Shown: positions 50,359 to 60,551 of the stretch, piece after piece
Layout of the letters: each line of letters opens with the position of its first letter
Position numbering within the stretch: the stretch's first letter is position 1
Assembly (NCBI GenBank): GCA_965215195.1
Contig: CBDCDC010000002.1
Location: 3,808,001-3,872,000, forward strand
Source: Candidatus Latescibacterota bacterium
Lineage (GTDB): Bacteria > Latescibacterota > UBA2968 > UBA8231
Length of the DNA stretch: 64,000 bases
Direction of reading: 5' to 3'
Position numbers and translations under genes: made by a program
The notes under the pieces: model-generated
Seen by the model: only the letters and a program-made list of their open reading frames with translations
The model's database searches: none
What the model was told of the DNA's origin: nothing

Positions 50359-50622
50359 ATGAAAATTCTCACCTGTCCAGTCAACGGTCCGCGCCCGCTC
50401 GCGGAGTTTGTCTTCGGCGGCGAGGTGCGCACCATGCCCAACGCCAAGCAAGCAAGCGACCCTGAGTGGGCCGACTACGTGTTCAACCGCTGCGGCGAGC
50501 CGGGCATCCGACGCGAGTGGTGGTATCACACTGCCAGCAGCACTTGGTTTATTGCCGAGCGCGACACGGCCCGCGACGAGATCGTCCGCACCTATCTGTG
50601 GGGTGAGGAGGACCAAGGGTGA
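50359..50622 (+). CDS. mgdB: N-methylglutamate dehydrogenase subunit B (sarcosine oxidase delta-like)
   Basis: CP.NGPR...EF..GGE, EWW.H, ERDT. Confidence 0.85.
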   Translation: MKILTCPVNGPRPLAEFVFGGEVRTMPNAKQASDPEWADYVFNRCGEPGIRREWWYHTASSTWFIAERDTARDEIVRTYLWGEEDQG

Positions 50623-53495
50623 CGCGCCGCCTGCCTGCACAGCCCGGGGAGTGGATCGACCGGACGCAGCCCCTTGAATTCCGCTTTGAAGGCGAGGAGT
50701 TCAGGGGCTTTGCCGGCGATTGCGTAGCCAGCGCGCTGCTGGCCAACGGCGTGCAGATGATGGGGCGCAGCTTCAAGTACCACCGGCCGCGCGGGGCGTA
50801 CACCTTGGCCGGGCACGACGCCAACGCACTGTTTACAGACGGCGAGCGCACGCATCTGCGCGGCGATAGCGAGCCGTTGGCTGCGGGCATGGATCTGCGA
50901 GCCGTCAATACCCTAGGCGGGCTGAAGCGCGATCTGCTCCAGTGGCTGGAGCCTTTGGCCCGCTTCATGCCGGTGGGTTTTTACTACAAGGCATTTCACC
51001 GGCCGCGGTGGCTTTTTCCCTTCCACGAGCGGATCATCCGCCAAATAGCGGGCTTGGGCCAGATCAACCGCGCCCAAGCGGCCACGGCTAGCCCCAAGGA
51101 ATGCGCTTGGTGCGACGTGCTAGTTGTGGGTGGTGGTGCGGCCGGGCTGGAGGCGGCGCGGGCCGCAGGAGAAGCTGGGGCCCGCGTTTTGCTGGTCGAG
51201 GAACAAGCGCGGTTGGGGGGAAGCTGGGCTTGGCAGCACGGCGGGAACTGCGACGAACTGGTCGCGGTGCTTTCTACTCTCCCGAATGTCGAGATCCGCT
51301 GCGGGACCGTGGCCGCCGGCCACTACGCCGACGGATGGGTCGCCCTGTTCGACGCGGTGCGGATGACCAAGGTGCGCGCCGCGGCCGTCGTCTATGCCCC
51401 GGGGGCGATCGAACAGCCGGCCGTCTTTGGGCACAACGACCTGCCGGGCGTACTGCTCGGGTCGGCCGCCCAGCGGTTGGTGAAGTTGTACGCGGTCAAA
51501 CCCTGCGACCGCATGGTAGTGCTAGCGGCCAATAGCGATGCGTATCAGGTGGCGCTGGACATGCTCGCGGCCGGGGTTGAAGTGGCGGCCATCGCCGATT
51601 TGCGCTCCGACGCGCCCCGGCCGGCCCTAGCCGAAAAAATCGCTGCCGCCGGAGTGCCAATCCACCGCGGCCACGCGGTCTATGCGGCCGTGCCCAATGG
51701 CCGGAAGAATGGCCTGCGCGGTGCTGTGGTGGCCCCGCTAGCCGCAGACGGCACCATAGATGCCCAGCGCGGCAGCGAGATCGCCTGCGACGGCCTTGCC
51801 GCGTCGGTCGGCTGGATGCCCAATGCCGCGCTGCCCAGCCAAGCGGGAGTACAGTTCGCGTACGACGAGGTGCTGGAGCAGCTCGTGCCACAGTCATGTC
51901 CAGACGGGGTCTTTGTCGCCGGGCGCGTTCGCGGAGTGTGCGATCTAGACGCGCAGCGGGAGGACGGACGGGTGGCCGGGCTTAGGGCAGCGCACTACGC
52001 CGGCTATGGCGACGGCGAGGTGCCCGCGCCCGTGCCGCCGGTGCGCGAAGCCCGCAGCCACAGCTATCCGATTTTCGCCCATCCGAGCAAAAAGAACTTC
52101 GTGGATTTCGACGAGGATTTGCACTTGGCGGATTTTGTCCATGCTCATCAGGAGGGCTACGACAGCGTCGAACTGCTCAAGCGCTACAGCACCGTGGGGA
52201 TGGGGCCGAGCCAGGGCAAGCTGTCCAACGTGAACGCGATGCGAATTTTGGCCAAGCTCAACGGCGACCCCATCGCAGCGACTGGCTCGACGACCGCCCG
52301 TCCCTTTTACCAGCCGGTGCCGCTGGGGCATTTGGCCGGTCGGCGCTTCCACCCGCTGCGCCGGACGCCGATCCACGATTGGCACTGCGAGCACGGCGCG
52401 GTCTTTGCCCACGCTGGCGACTGGTATCGGCCCGATTACTACGCCTGCGGCGACGCCAGCCGCGACGAGTGCATTGTGCAGGAGGCGCGTCAGGTGCGGG
52501 CTGGCCTCGGGATCATCGACGTGAGTACGCTGGGCAAATTGCAGGTCAGCGGCCCGGACGCTGGCGAGCTACTCGAGCGCCTCTATACGGGCCGCTTCAA
52601 GAAACAGGTGGTCGGTCGCTGCCGCTACGGCGTGGCGCTCGACGAAAGCGGGGTCGTGATCGAGGACGGGGTGATAGCGCGGCTGGCCGAGGACCGCTTC
52701 TACGCGACTACGACCAGCAGCGGTGCGGCGGCCTTTTACCGCGAGATGCTGCGCTGGGCCGCGATTTGGGGCTTGGACGCGACCTTGAGCAATGTCACGA
52801 GTCAACTGGCGGCGTTCAATCTGGCCGGCCCAGCAAGCCGCGACGCGCTGGCGGGGTTGACGGACATCGACCTGAGATCCGGGCCTTTTTCCTATTTAAG
52901 GGTGCGCGAGGGCGCGGTGGCCGGGGTGCGGGCCATAGTGATGCGAGTGGGTTTTGTCGGCGAACTGGGATACGAGATCCACGTGCCGGCTTGGGAGGGG
53001 GAGCACGTGTGGCGGGCACTGGCCGCGGCCGGGGCGCGTCCCTTTGGGGTGGAGGCGCAGCGCCTGTTGCGCTTGGAAAAAGGGCACTTGATCGTCGGCC
53101 ACGACACGGACGCGCTGACGCATCCGCAAGAGGCGGGATTGGCGTGGACCATTGGCAAAAACAAGCGCTTCTTCGTGGGCCAGCGCAGCCTGCAAATCCA
53201 CGCCACTCGCCCCGTTCGGCGTGCGCTCGTGGGCGTGCGGTGGCCCGCTAATTTTGCCGGCAAGCTGCCCGAGGAGTGCAACCTAATCATGCGGGAAGGG
53301 TGGATCGCCGGTCGCATGACCAGCATCGCCCCGGTCTCGACGCTCGGTTATCCACTGGGCATGGCCTTTGTCGAAGCGGATATGGCCGCGCCCGGTACGC
53401 GGGTGCAAGTGCGCTTGGACGATGGTTCGACGAGCGTGGCAGAGGTGGTCGCGCTGCCTTTTTACGACCCTGAGGACGAGCGGCAGAAGGTTTAA
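50619..53495 (+). CDS. mgdC: N-methylglutamate dehydrogenase subunit C (sarcosine oxidase alpha-like, GcvT domain)
   Basis: RSFKYHRPRG, GFYYK, KRYST.GMG.SQGK, DVSTLGK, GELGYE, RLEKG. Confidence 0.87.
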   Translation: MTRRLPAQPGEWIDRTQPLEFRFEGEEFRGFAGDCVASALLANGVQMMGRSFKYHRPRGAYTLAGHDANALFTDGERTHLRGDSEPLAAGMDLRAVNTLGGLKRDLLQWLEPLARFMPVGFYYKAFHRPRWLFPFHERIIRQIAGLGQINRAQAATASPKECAWCDVLVVGGGAAGLEAARAAGEAGARVLLVEEQARLGGSWAWQHGGNCDELVAVLSTLPNVEIRCGTVAAGHYADGWVALFDAVRMTKVRAAAVVYAPGAIEQPAVFGHNDLPGVLLGSAAQRLVKLYAVKPCDRMVVLAANSDAYQVALDMLAAGVEVAAIADLRSDAPRPALAEKIAAAGVPIHRGHAVYAAVPNGRKNGLRGAVVAPLAADGTIDAQRGSEIACDGLAASVGWMPNAALPSQAGVQFAYDEVLEQLVPQSCPDGVFVAGRVRGVCDLDAQREDGRVAGLRAAHYAGYGDGEVPAPVPPVREARSHSYPIFAHPSKKNFVDFDEDLHLADFVHAHQEGYDSVELLKRYSTVGMGPSQGKLSNVNAMRILAKLNGDPIAATGSTTARPFYQPVPLGHLAGRRFHPLRRTPIHDWHCEHGAVFAHAGDWYRPDYYACGDASRDECIVQEARQVRAGLGIIDVSTLGKLQVSGPDAGELLERLYTGRFKKQVVGRCRYGVALDESGVVIEDGVIARLAEDRFYATTTSSGAAAFYREMLRWAAIWGLDATLSNVTSQLAAFNLAGPASRDALAGLTDIDLRSGPFSYLRVREGAVAGVRAIVMRVGFVGELGYEIHVPAWEGEHVWRALAAAGARPFGVEAQRLLRLEKGHLIVGHDTDALTHPQEAGLAWTIGKNKRFFVGQRSLQIHATRPVRRALVGVRWPANFAGKLPEECNLIMREGWIAGRMTSIAPVSTLGYPLGMAFVEADMAAPGTRVQVRLDDGSTSVAEVVALPFYDPEDERQKV

Positions 53496-53497
53496 TT

Positions 53498-56086
53498 CTA
53501 GTCGGCTTGCGGACGTTCATCTTGCCTTACTACATCCGCAATTCGAGCATCCTTGATCTGCTGCAAGAGCTGTATGGCATGTTCTCGCTTTTCTTCGATC
53601 TCGCGATGTTTTGCTGCTATTTTCTTTTGGGCTGCAAGGTCGAAGGTCCCGTCTTCGCATATTGGAATATCTACTGATACACGTTTTATGTTGTCTAGTT
53701 TGGCACGGTATGTTCGGTCAAACCCATGCCGGTCTCGCGTCGTGTGCAGTGCATAGTACAAATACTCCGCATCAATGTTGTTATCGACTATTCGCAATAC
53801 TCCGCAATGGTCAGTCGGATGGAATGGAAAATCAGCGGGAATCAGGTGCCAATCAAAGTTTCCATCTATGCCCCAAGTAAGCGATGGCATATCAAATTCA
53901 GTCAACAGGTCTGATTCCTTAATGTGCCCAAAGACATCGCGAACATTTGCACTGATACAAGGAATGCCTTTTTCTATACAATCTTCCTTGACAACTCGCC
54001 TTCCTATCTGCAATGTGAACAAATCCTGATCGCCGAGCAATACCTCCTTGAATTGTGCGTTTACATCCAAGTAATCTATCGGTGTTGCTCCTGACTGCGC
54101 GAGTAAGCGATTAAACTGTTCTATGTCTAATTCTTCCTGCGTCTGAGTTACTTTTAGTTGCTCCAATTCATCCTCTGTCCAATAGCGCTCAACCATCCAA
54201 TGCCGATATGTTGCAAAATCGTTCCACAGGATAATTTTGCAGCGCAAGCATGAAGAAGTGAACGCATTAGGGGAACCTTTGAATTGGTTAAATAAATCTA
54301 CCATTTCGCTCAGATCATTTTTGTCGAGCTCCCAACGATTTGCATCACGCGACTCTCCGATCTCCGATACTAAATAAGTGAAAACAGAAGTAGTCTGCTC
54401 GTCGCGTTCGTCGTACTTGCGTCCAAGCACCAAAATATATGTTTTCTTCGGAGTCGAATAAAAGGTGCGGATCGGTAGAGACACCACGGCGTGAATAAGA
54501 CATTTTTGTTTTGTGTAATTTAAGATGTTTTCTTGGTTCAGCAATCCGTCCGGTACAATGACAAACGCCAATCCGCCCGGCTTCAAACTCTTAATGATCC
54601 ACTGTAGAGCAAGAGCTTCTGTGCCGCGCCCAGCAACGGCATACTCGTCCGCAATACCGGCATCCTCTAAGGCATTTTTTAAGCTGCTGGATCCGCTCGT
54701 AACATACGGCGGATTGGTGAGAATGAGATCGTGCTTGGCATCGTTATCGACGGCAAATGTGCCGAGGTTGGTCCGCAACAGCTCAAACATCGGGTTGACG
54801 ACTTTTCCGGCAAACTCGCCGATAAAATCAGGGGAGTTATATGTCGCGATAAGATCGGAAAAGTAAATAATGGCATTGGCTTTTGCCAGAACAATGGTCC
54901 GTTCGTCTTCTTGCTCGTCGCTTCCCTTATCGTATCCGACAACCGATACCTGTGGGTTTATGATTCCATTGTGCGGCCTGAATTGCGCCATTAGCTGGGG
55001 ACTTTCAATGATTGCCTCCAACAAGAAACCACCCACGCCGCAAAAAGGATCGCACAAAGAGGTCCCGGGCGATAGCGAATTAGCCGTTGACATTTTTACT
55101 ATAGCTTGCACGACATTCCGCGGCGTGAAGTACTGGCCCAAATGACGCAATCCTGCCCCTTGACGGAGAAATGATTCGTAGAGCCTCATTTTGAACTGCC
55201 GCTGAATGTATTTGAAAGACCCGTATTCTCGATCAAAGTCTTGCAGATCGCCTAAAACCTCACAAAATAGCCTAGCTTGGGATAAATTGGGATTGCCTCG
55301 CTCATTGACGAAAATCGTACCGTTTATGATCGTAGTCCCGTCACTCCCTTCTGGGAATAGATTGCGAATAGCTAGGCGGCTTATTTGGGCATAGTTCGTC
55401 AGTGCCGCGACCGGGCCGGATGACTTGCTTAGTTCATACACATGGGCGAAATTGTTGTGCGCTTCAAGTACGGAGAGGTCGGAAAGAAACTTAAAAACAA
55501 ATAGCTCAACCACGTTGTAAAGGCATTTTTCCGGTTCTTTTCCAGTGTTGATCCAGATTTTTTGCCAAATCGTGTGGGCGAGTTGCGAGGGATCAATCAG
55601 CGTCGGGTTGCTCAACTCGTCGTTGGTAGAAGACAGCGAATGATCAGATTGGTCGATTACTTGTTCTAGGCGCTGTAGTTGTTCGGCTGAAATGGTCTCT
55701 TCGATAAGTGCCTTAGCGTTGAATATCGGCAGTGAATCGGATTCTACTCGATTTCCCGTATGTGGGTTAACCCAGAAGGTTTGCCTCCCATCCGTGACGA
55801 TCAGAAGGTTACAAAAATGCCTTGCTACTTCTAGCTCTTGATCGATCGCTTTTTTGATCTGGGACTCGGTAGATAGCTCAACAGAAGTCTTGTATTCAAT
55901 ACACGCTTTTACGGTGCCTCTGCCGAGAGTAATCAACCCATCGGGCCTTTTGTTTTTAATGCGGTGCGGAATCGAGCCAGAGACTATTCCCGCTCTTTTT
56001 AGCTGCGATAACGTAGAAGCCCCAAGACGGTGATACGTATATCGCCCGATAAGGATACTCGAAGTTTGCAAAAGTTCTTCACTCAT
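53498..56086 (-). CDS. Type IIG-like fused restriction-modification protein (nuclease, N6-MTase, TRD)
   Basis: N-terminal RPDG...IEYK, GQYFTPR, DPFCGVGGF, NPPY, C-terminal HsdS-like region; lower GC. Confidence 0.82.
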   Translation of the reverse strand: MSEELLQTSSILIGRYTYHRLGASTLSQLKRAGIVSGSIPHRIKNKRPDGLITLGRGTVKACIEYKTSVELSTESQIKKAIDQELEVARHFCNLLIVTDGRQTFWVNPHTGNRVESDSLPIFNAKALIEETISAEQLQRLEQVIDQSDHSLSSTNDELSNPTLIDPSQLAHTIWQKIWINTGKEPEKCLYNVVELFVFKFLSDLSVLEAHNNFAHVYELSKSSGPVAALTNYAQISRLAIRNLFPEGSDGTTIINGTIFVNERGNPNLSQARLFCEVLGDLQDFDREYGSFKYIQRQFKMRLYESFLRQGAGLRHLGQYFTPRNVVQAIVKMSTANSLSPGTSLCDPFCGVGGFLLEAIIESPQLMAQFRPHNGIINPQVSVVGYDKGSDEQEDERTIVLAKANAIIYFSDLIATYNSPDFIGEFAGKVVNPMFELLRTNLGTFAVDNDAKHDLILTNPPYVTSGSSSLKNALEDAGIADEYAVAGRGTEALALQWIIKSLKPGGLAFVIVPDGLLNQENILNYTKQKCLIHAVVSLPIRTFYSTPKKTYILVLGRKYDERDEQTTSVFTYLVSEIGESRDANRWELDKNDLSEMVDLFNQFKGSPNAFTSSCLRCKIILWNDFATYRHWMVERYWTEDELEQLKVTQTQEELDIEQFNRLLAQSGATPIDYLDVNAQFKEVLLGDQDLFTLQIGRRVVKEDCIEKGIPCISANVRDVFGHIKESDLLTEFDMPSLTWGIDGNFDWHLIPADFPFHPTDHCGVLRIVDNNIDAEYLYYALHTTRDRHGFDRTYRAKLDNIKRVSVDIPICEDGTFDLAAQKKIAAKHREIEEKREHAIQLLQQIKDARIADVVRQDERPQAD

Positions 56087-56380
56087 TTATGAACACTCGC
56101 TTATTATCTCGATGAGTGATTGGCAACGCCCATCTCAATTGATAGCACGAAATTTGCCTCCCAACTAAATTTGCTATAATATAAACTTTTGCAAAACCAA
56201 AAGCTATGTCCCTACCGCTCGCTTGACCCCTCGCAAACGGAAGATCAGCTATGATGTCAACCCGCGCAAGCCCCCTCACTCAGCGCGTCGCCGCAGCGTC
56301 CTCGGCCGTGCAGGTTCCGCTCAACCTGACAAAAGTGGCGTATCAGGCCTTGCTGGGGCGGCGCTAGGAAAGGACGGGTC

Positions 56381-58345
56381 TTGCTCCGACAAGTACCGGC
56401 TGTCTATCGCCAGCGCGTAGGGCATCGCGACCACACCACGGGCCGCGGCGCTACCGGGCGTGCCCTGCTCACCGGCGGCCTCTTGGCCGCGCTCATCGCC
56501 GTTGGCGTACCCTATGGGGGCATGGTGGTGCAAGGGTCGCGGCTGGGGCTTTCGTCGGCAACGCCAGCGGCGTTTTTCTTGTTATTCGTGCTGCTGGTGA
56601 CCGCGCAGGTGGCTCTGGGGGCTGTGCGGCGGGAGTGGGCGTTTGGTCGCGGCGAGTTGGTGACGATTTTTGCGATGATGGCGGTGGCCACGGCCATTCC
56701 CACGCGCGGGGTGGTGGGGATGCTGCTGCCGATGATCACCGGCACCTTGTACTACGCCACTCCCGAAAACCAGTGGGCCGAGCTGATCCATCCCCACTTG
56801 GCCGACTGGATGGTCGTCGCGGACTTAGAGGCCATCCAAGCCTTCTACGAGGGCGCAGGACGCGATGCGCCAATCCCCTACGACGCTTGGTTGGGGCCCT
56901 TGGGGCACTGGCTGGCGTTCTACGCGGCGTTCTATCTGACCTTGATATGCCTGATGAGTATTCTGCGCCGCCCGTGGGTTGACCACGAGCGGCTGGCCTA
57001 CCCCTTAGCGCAAGTACCGCTGGCCATGATCCAAGGCGCGGAGGAAGGCCGGCTCGCGCCCTTTTTCCGCTGTCGCCTCGTCTGGCTGGGCTTGGCCATT
57101 CCCTTTGCCCTCGGCAGTTTAGAGGCCCTGCAGCACTACTTCTCCGCCATACCCTCGCCCGTGCTGGAAACGCGGCTGTCGCTGCTGCGACAGATCGTGG
57201 TCCTGCGCCTCGACGTCAACTTCCTGATGCTCGGCTTTGCCTACCTCATCGGCGTTCAACTCTCCTTTAGCCTTTGGGTTTTCTATCTGGTCCACGCCCT
57301 GCAAGAGGGCCTGCTCCGCAGCCTGCATTTGCACCACACCGCCGAGTTGGGGACGTGGTCCGATGCGGGGATGGGGCACCAGATGATGGGGGCCTGCGCC
57401 GTGCTCGTCGCTTATGGCCTGTGGAAGGCCCGCGCCCATCTGGCCGAGGTTGGACGCTGCTTTTTGCACCCTCGGAAAGACGAAGGGGAAATGGCGTCCT
57501 ATCGCTTCTGCGTCGTCGGCTTGGTCTTGGGCGCGGTGGGCATGGTGGTGTGGCTGTGGCAGAGCGGGTTGCCGATGTGGATTGCCGCGCTGGTAGTGGT
57601 GGTGGCATTGGGCCTTTTAGTCGCGCTGACGCGCATCGTGGCCGAGGCTGGTACTCCCACCATTACGCCGGGCATGGTTCCCGCTGGGTTTACCGTCAGT
57701 GCCGTTGGGGTGCCGGCCTTGGGTGCGCCGGGCGTGGTGGCGCTGGGCTATACCTTCGTCTGGATCGGCGACCTGCTGGTTTTTATGACGGCCCCCTTGG
57801 CCAATAGCCTGCGCTTGGGCAGCGAATTGGCCGGCGACCGCGGTCGGTTGCTTTGGGGCTTGGCCGCGGCCATGCTCATCAGCCTTGTGCTATCGACTTG
57901 GTACACCCTGCGCTTGGCCTATACGCACGGAGCGGTCAACCTCCACCAGCAGTACTTTTCCACCTTTGCGGCCGAGCCTTCCAAGTTCGCCGCGCAAAAA
58001 CTGCTCCATCCCACCGGCCCGGACGCCATCGGCTGGCTATGGACCGGCGGCGGTGCCTTGCTGATGAGCCTCCTGATCGGTGCGCGCAATCACTGGGCTT
58101 GGTGGCCGCTGCATCCTTTGGGCTTTGCCGCGAGCATGGGCTGGGTCATGGACCATATCTGGTGTTCGATTTTTCTCGCGTGGCTGGTCAAGGCTCTGGT
58201 GCTCCGCTTCGGGGGCTCGGCTCTCTACCACAAGACCGTGCCCTTCTTCCTCGGCATAGCCCTCGGCCAAATCGTCACGGCCGGCCTCTGGCTCCTCGTC
58301 GATGGGTTCGCCGGCACGGTGGGCAACCGCCTGCCGGTGTATTAA
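56381..58345 (+). CDS. Large polytopic membrane protein (DUF6785/DUF6784-like, putative transporter)
   Basis: Many TM helices; RRPWVDHERLAYPL and WWPLHPLG motifs; start uncertain. Confidence 0.65.
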   Translation: MLRQVPAVYRQRVGHRDHTTGRGATGRALLTGGLLAALIAVGVPYGGMVVQGSRLGLSSATPAAFFLLFVLLVTAQVALGAVRREWAFGRGELVTIFAMMAVATAIPTRGVVGMLLPMITGTLYYATPENQWAELIHPHLADWMVVADLEAIQAFYEGAGRDAPIPYDAWLGPLGHWLAFYAAFYLTLICLMSILRRPWVDHERLAYPLAQVPLAMIQGAEEGRLAPFFRCRLVWLGLAIPFALGSLEALQHYFSAIPSPVLETRLSLLRQIVVLRLDVNFLMLGFAYLIGVQLSFSLWVFYLVHALQEGLLRSLHLHHTAELGTWSDAGMGHQMMGACAVLVAYGLWKARAHLAEVGRCFLHPRKDEGEMASYRFCVVGLVLGAVGMVVWLWQSGLPMWIAALVVVVALGLLVALTRIVAEAGTPTITPGMVPAGFTVSAVGVPALGAPGVVALGYTFVWIGDLLVFMTAPLANSLRLGSELAGDRGRLLWGLAAAMLISLVLSTWYTLRLAYTHGAVNLHQQYFSTFAAEPSKFAAQKLLHPTGPDAIGWLWTGGGALLMSLLIGARNHWAWWPLHPLGFAASMGWVMDHIWCSIFLAWLVKALVLRFGGSALYHKTVPFFLGIALGQIVTAGLWLLVDGFAGTVGNRLPVY

Positions 58346-58374
58346 TTTTTGATATTATTTGGACCTCTACATCA

Positions 58375-58653
58375 ATGATCCGCAGCTTCAGAGACCGAAA
58401 GACCCAGCGTTTTTTTGCCGGTCATCACGTCGCAGAGTTCCAAGGATTCGCCAACCAAGCCACGCGTCGTCTTGCTTATCTGGACAGCGCGGAGTCCCTT
58501 CAGGATCTGGCTAACTTGCCGAGCAACCGCCTAGAGGCGTTGCGGGGAAATCGAGCCGGCTGGCACAGCATTCGGATCAATCGGCAATGGCGGATATGCT
58601 TCCGCTGGAGGGACAATGAGCCTTTTGACGTAGAGATCGTGGACTATCACTAA
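58375..58653 (+). CDS. higB: HigB (RelE-family) toxin
   Basis: MIRSF.D, P.NRLEAL.G.R.G.HSIRIN.QWRICF.W, EIVDYH. Confidence 0.92.
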   Translation: MIRSFRDRKTQRFFAGHHVAEFQGFANQATRRLAYLDSAESLQDLANLPSNRLEALRGNRAGWHSIRINRQWRICFRWRDNEPFDVEIVDYH

Positions 58654-58667
58654 CTGGGAGTAAGGAC

Positions 58668-58973
58668 ATGAGCGCAAAGAACGGTATGAGACCGGTGCAT
58701 CCGGGCGAGATATTGTGTGAGGAACTCGATACGCTCGACCTGTCGGCCAATGAATTGGCTACGGCGCTGGATGTGTCGCCGAACTGCATCACTGCAATCC
58801 TCAACGGTCAGCGCGACGTAACTGCCGACATCGCGCTTAGACTAGCGCGCTATTTCGGGACGACGCCACAGGTCTGGTTGAACCTGCAGAAGACCTACGA
58901 ACTGCGCCGAGCCGAGATCGATATAGGCCAGCGCATCGCCGAGCGCGTGCAACCTCGGCGGATAATGGCGTAG
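58668..58973 (+). CDS. higA: HigA antitoxin
   Basis: PVHPGEIL.EE, TAD.ALRL..YFG....WLNLQ..Y. Confidence 0.92.
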   Translation: MSAKNGMRPVHPGEILCEELDTLDLSANELATALDVSPNCITAILNGQRDVTADIALRLARYFGTTPQVWLNLQKTYELRRAEIDIGQRIAERVQPRRIMA

Positions 58974-58976
58974 AGG

Positions 58977-60551
58977 ATGCGAAACACAATGACGACAACG
59001 CCACGGACCAACAGCGCCACCACTGGCTACGAGTCCGAGCTGTGGCAGATGGCCGACGCCCTGCGGGGCAGCATGGACGCGGCCGAGTACAAGCACATCG
59101 TCCTCGGCCTCATCTTCCTCAAGTACATTTCCGATGCCTTTGAGGAAGCATACACCCGGCTGGAGGCCGAGCGCAGCGCTGGAGCCGATCCCGAGGACCC
59201 GGACGAGTACCGCGCCGAGAACATCTTCTGGGTGCCTGTCGAGGCCCGCTGGTCTCGCCTCAAGGAGCAGGCGCGGCAGCCCACCATCGGCCAAGTTGTG
59301 GACGCGGCCATGGCCGGCATTGAGCGCGATAATCCCGCCCTCGAGGACGTGCTGCCCAAGGACTACGCTCGCCCCGTATTGGACAAGCAGCGCCTTGGAC
59401 AGCTCATAGACCTCGTGAGCAATATCGCCGTTGGCGACGCCGAGGCTCGCGCCAAGGATGTGCTGGGCCGGGTGTACGAGTACTTCCTTTCTCAGTTTGC
59501 CAGCGCCGAAGGCAAGCGAGGCGGCGAGTTCTACACCCCGCGCAGCGTAGTCAAGCTCCTCGTCGAGATGCTGGAGCCTTATCGGGGCCGGGTCTATGAT
59601 CCCTGCTGCGGCTCCTCGGGCATGTTCGTCCAGTCGATGGAATTCATCGAAGCCCATGCCTCGGGCAACGGCAACGGCGGTAGTGCCCGCTCTGACATCT
59701 CCATCTACGGTCAAGAGTCCAACTACACTACTTGGCGGCTGGCCAAGATGAACTTGGCGATCCGGGGCATTGAGGGTCAGATTGCCCACGGCGACAGCTT
59801 CCACAACGACCGCCATCCCGACTTGAAGGCCGACTTCATCCTCGCCAATCCGCCGTTCAACATCTCGGATTGGGGCGGCGAGCGCCTGCAAGACGACCCG
59901 CGCTGGCAGTTCGGGGCACCGCCAAAGGGCAACGCCAACTTCGCTTGGGTGCAGCACATCGTCCACCACCTCGCGCCCACGGGCGCGGCCGGCTTTGTGT
60001 TGGCCAATGGCTCTATGTCGTCCAACCAGTCGAGAGAGGGAGACATCAGAAAGAATCTGATAGAAGCCGACTTGGTAGATTGCATGGTCGCGCTGCCCGG
60101 CCAGCTTTTTTATTCCACCCAGATACCGGCCTGCCTCTGGTTCTTGTCCCGCAACCGGCGCACTCACCGCGACCGCCGGGGCGAGATGCTGTTTATCGAC
60201 GCGAGGAAGCTCGGTTGGATGGTGGATCGCACCCACCGCGATTTTGCACCAGAGGACATTGCCCGCATTGCCAGTGCGTATCGCGCTTGGAGAGGCGAGG
60301 AGGGGGCAGGCGACTACGAAGACGTTCCCGGCTTTTGCAAGAGCGCGTCGTTGGACGAGGTCCGCAAGCACGGCTACGTCCTCACCCCGGGCCGCTACGT
60401 TGGTGCCGAGGTACAGGAAGACGATGGGGAGCCTTTCGCCGAGAAGATGCAGCGGCTTGCGGCGCAGTGGCGACAGCAGCAGGCCGAGGGTGTTCGGTTG
60501 GACGCGGCTATTGACGCGAATTTGGAGAAGTTGGGGTTTGGCAAAAGATGA
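58977..60551 (+). CDS. hsdM: Type I R-M methyltransferase subunit
   Basis: [34 protein letters not shown]. Confidence 0.95.
   Translation: MRNTMTTTPRTNSATTGYESELWQMADALRGSMDAAEYKHIVLGLIFLKYISDAFEEAYTRLEAERSAGADPEDPDEYRAENIFWVPVEARWSRLKEQARQPTIGQVVDAAMAGIERDNPALEDVLPKDYARPVLDKQRLGQLIDLVSNIAVGDAEARAKDVLGRVYEYFLSQFASAEGKRGGEFYTPRSVVKLLVEMLEPYRGRVYDPCCGSSGMFVQSMEFIEAHASGNGNGGSARSDISIYGQESNYTTWRLAKMNLAIRGIEGQIAHGDSFHNDRHPDLKADFILANPPFNISDWGGERLQDDPRWQFGAPPKGNANFAWVQHIVHHLAPTGAAGFVLANGSMSSNQSREGDIRKNLIEADLVDCMVALPGQLFYSTQIPACLWFLSRNRRTHRDRRGEMLFIDARKLGWMVDRTHRDFAPEDIARIASAYRAWRGEEGAGDYEDVPGFCKSASLDEVRKHGYVLTPGRYVGAEVQEDDGEPFAEKMQRLAAQWRQQQAEGVRLDAAIDANLEKLGFGKR

Noticed and set aside
49101-53495. 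Annotation as an ordinary sarcosine oxidase
   Set aside because: Context with mgsABC and gmaS favours N-methylglutamate dehydrogenase, though sequence alone cannot exclude it.
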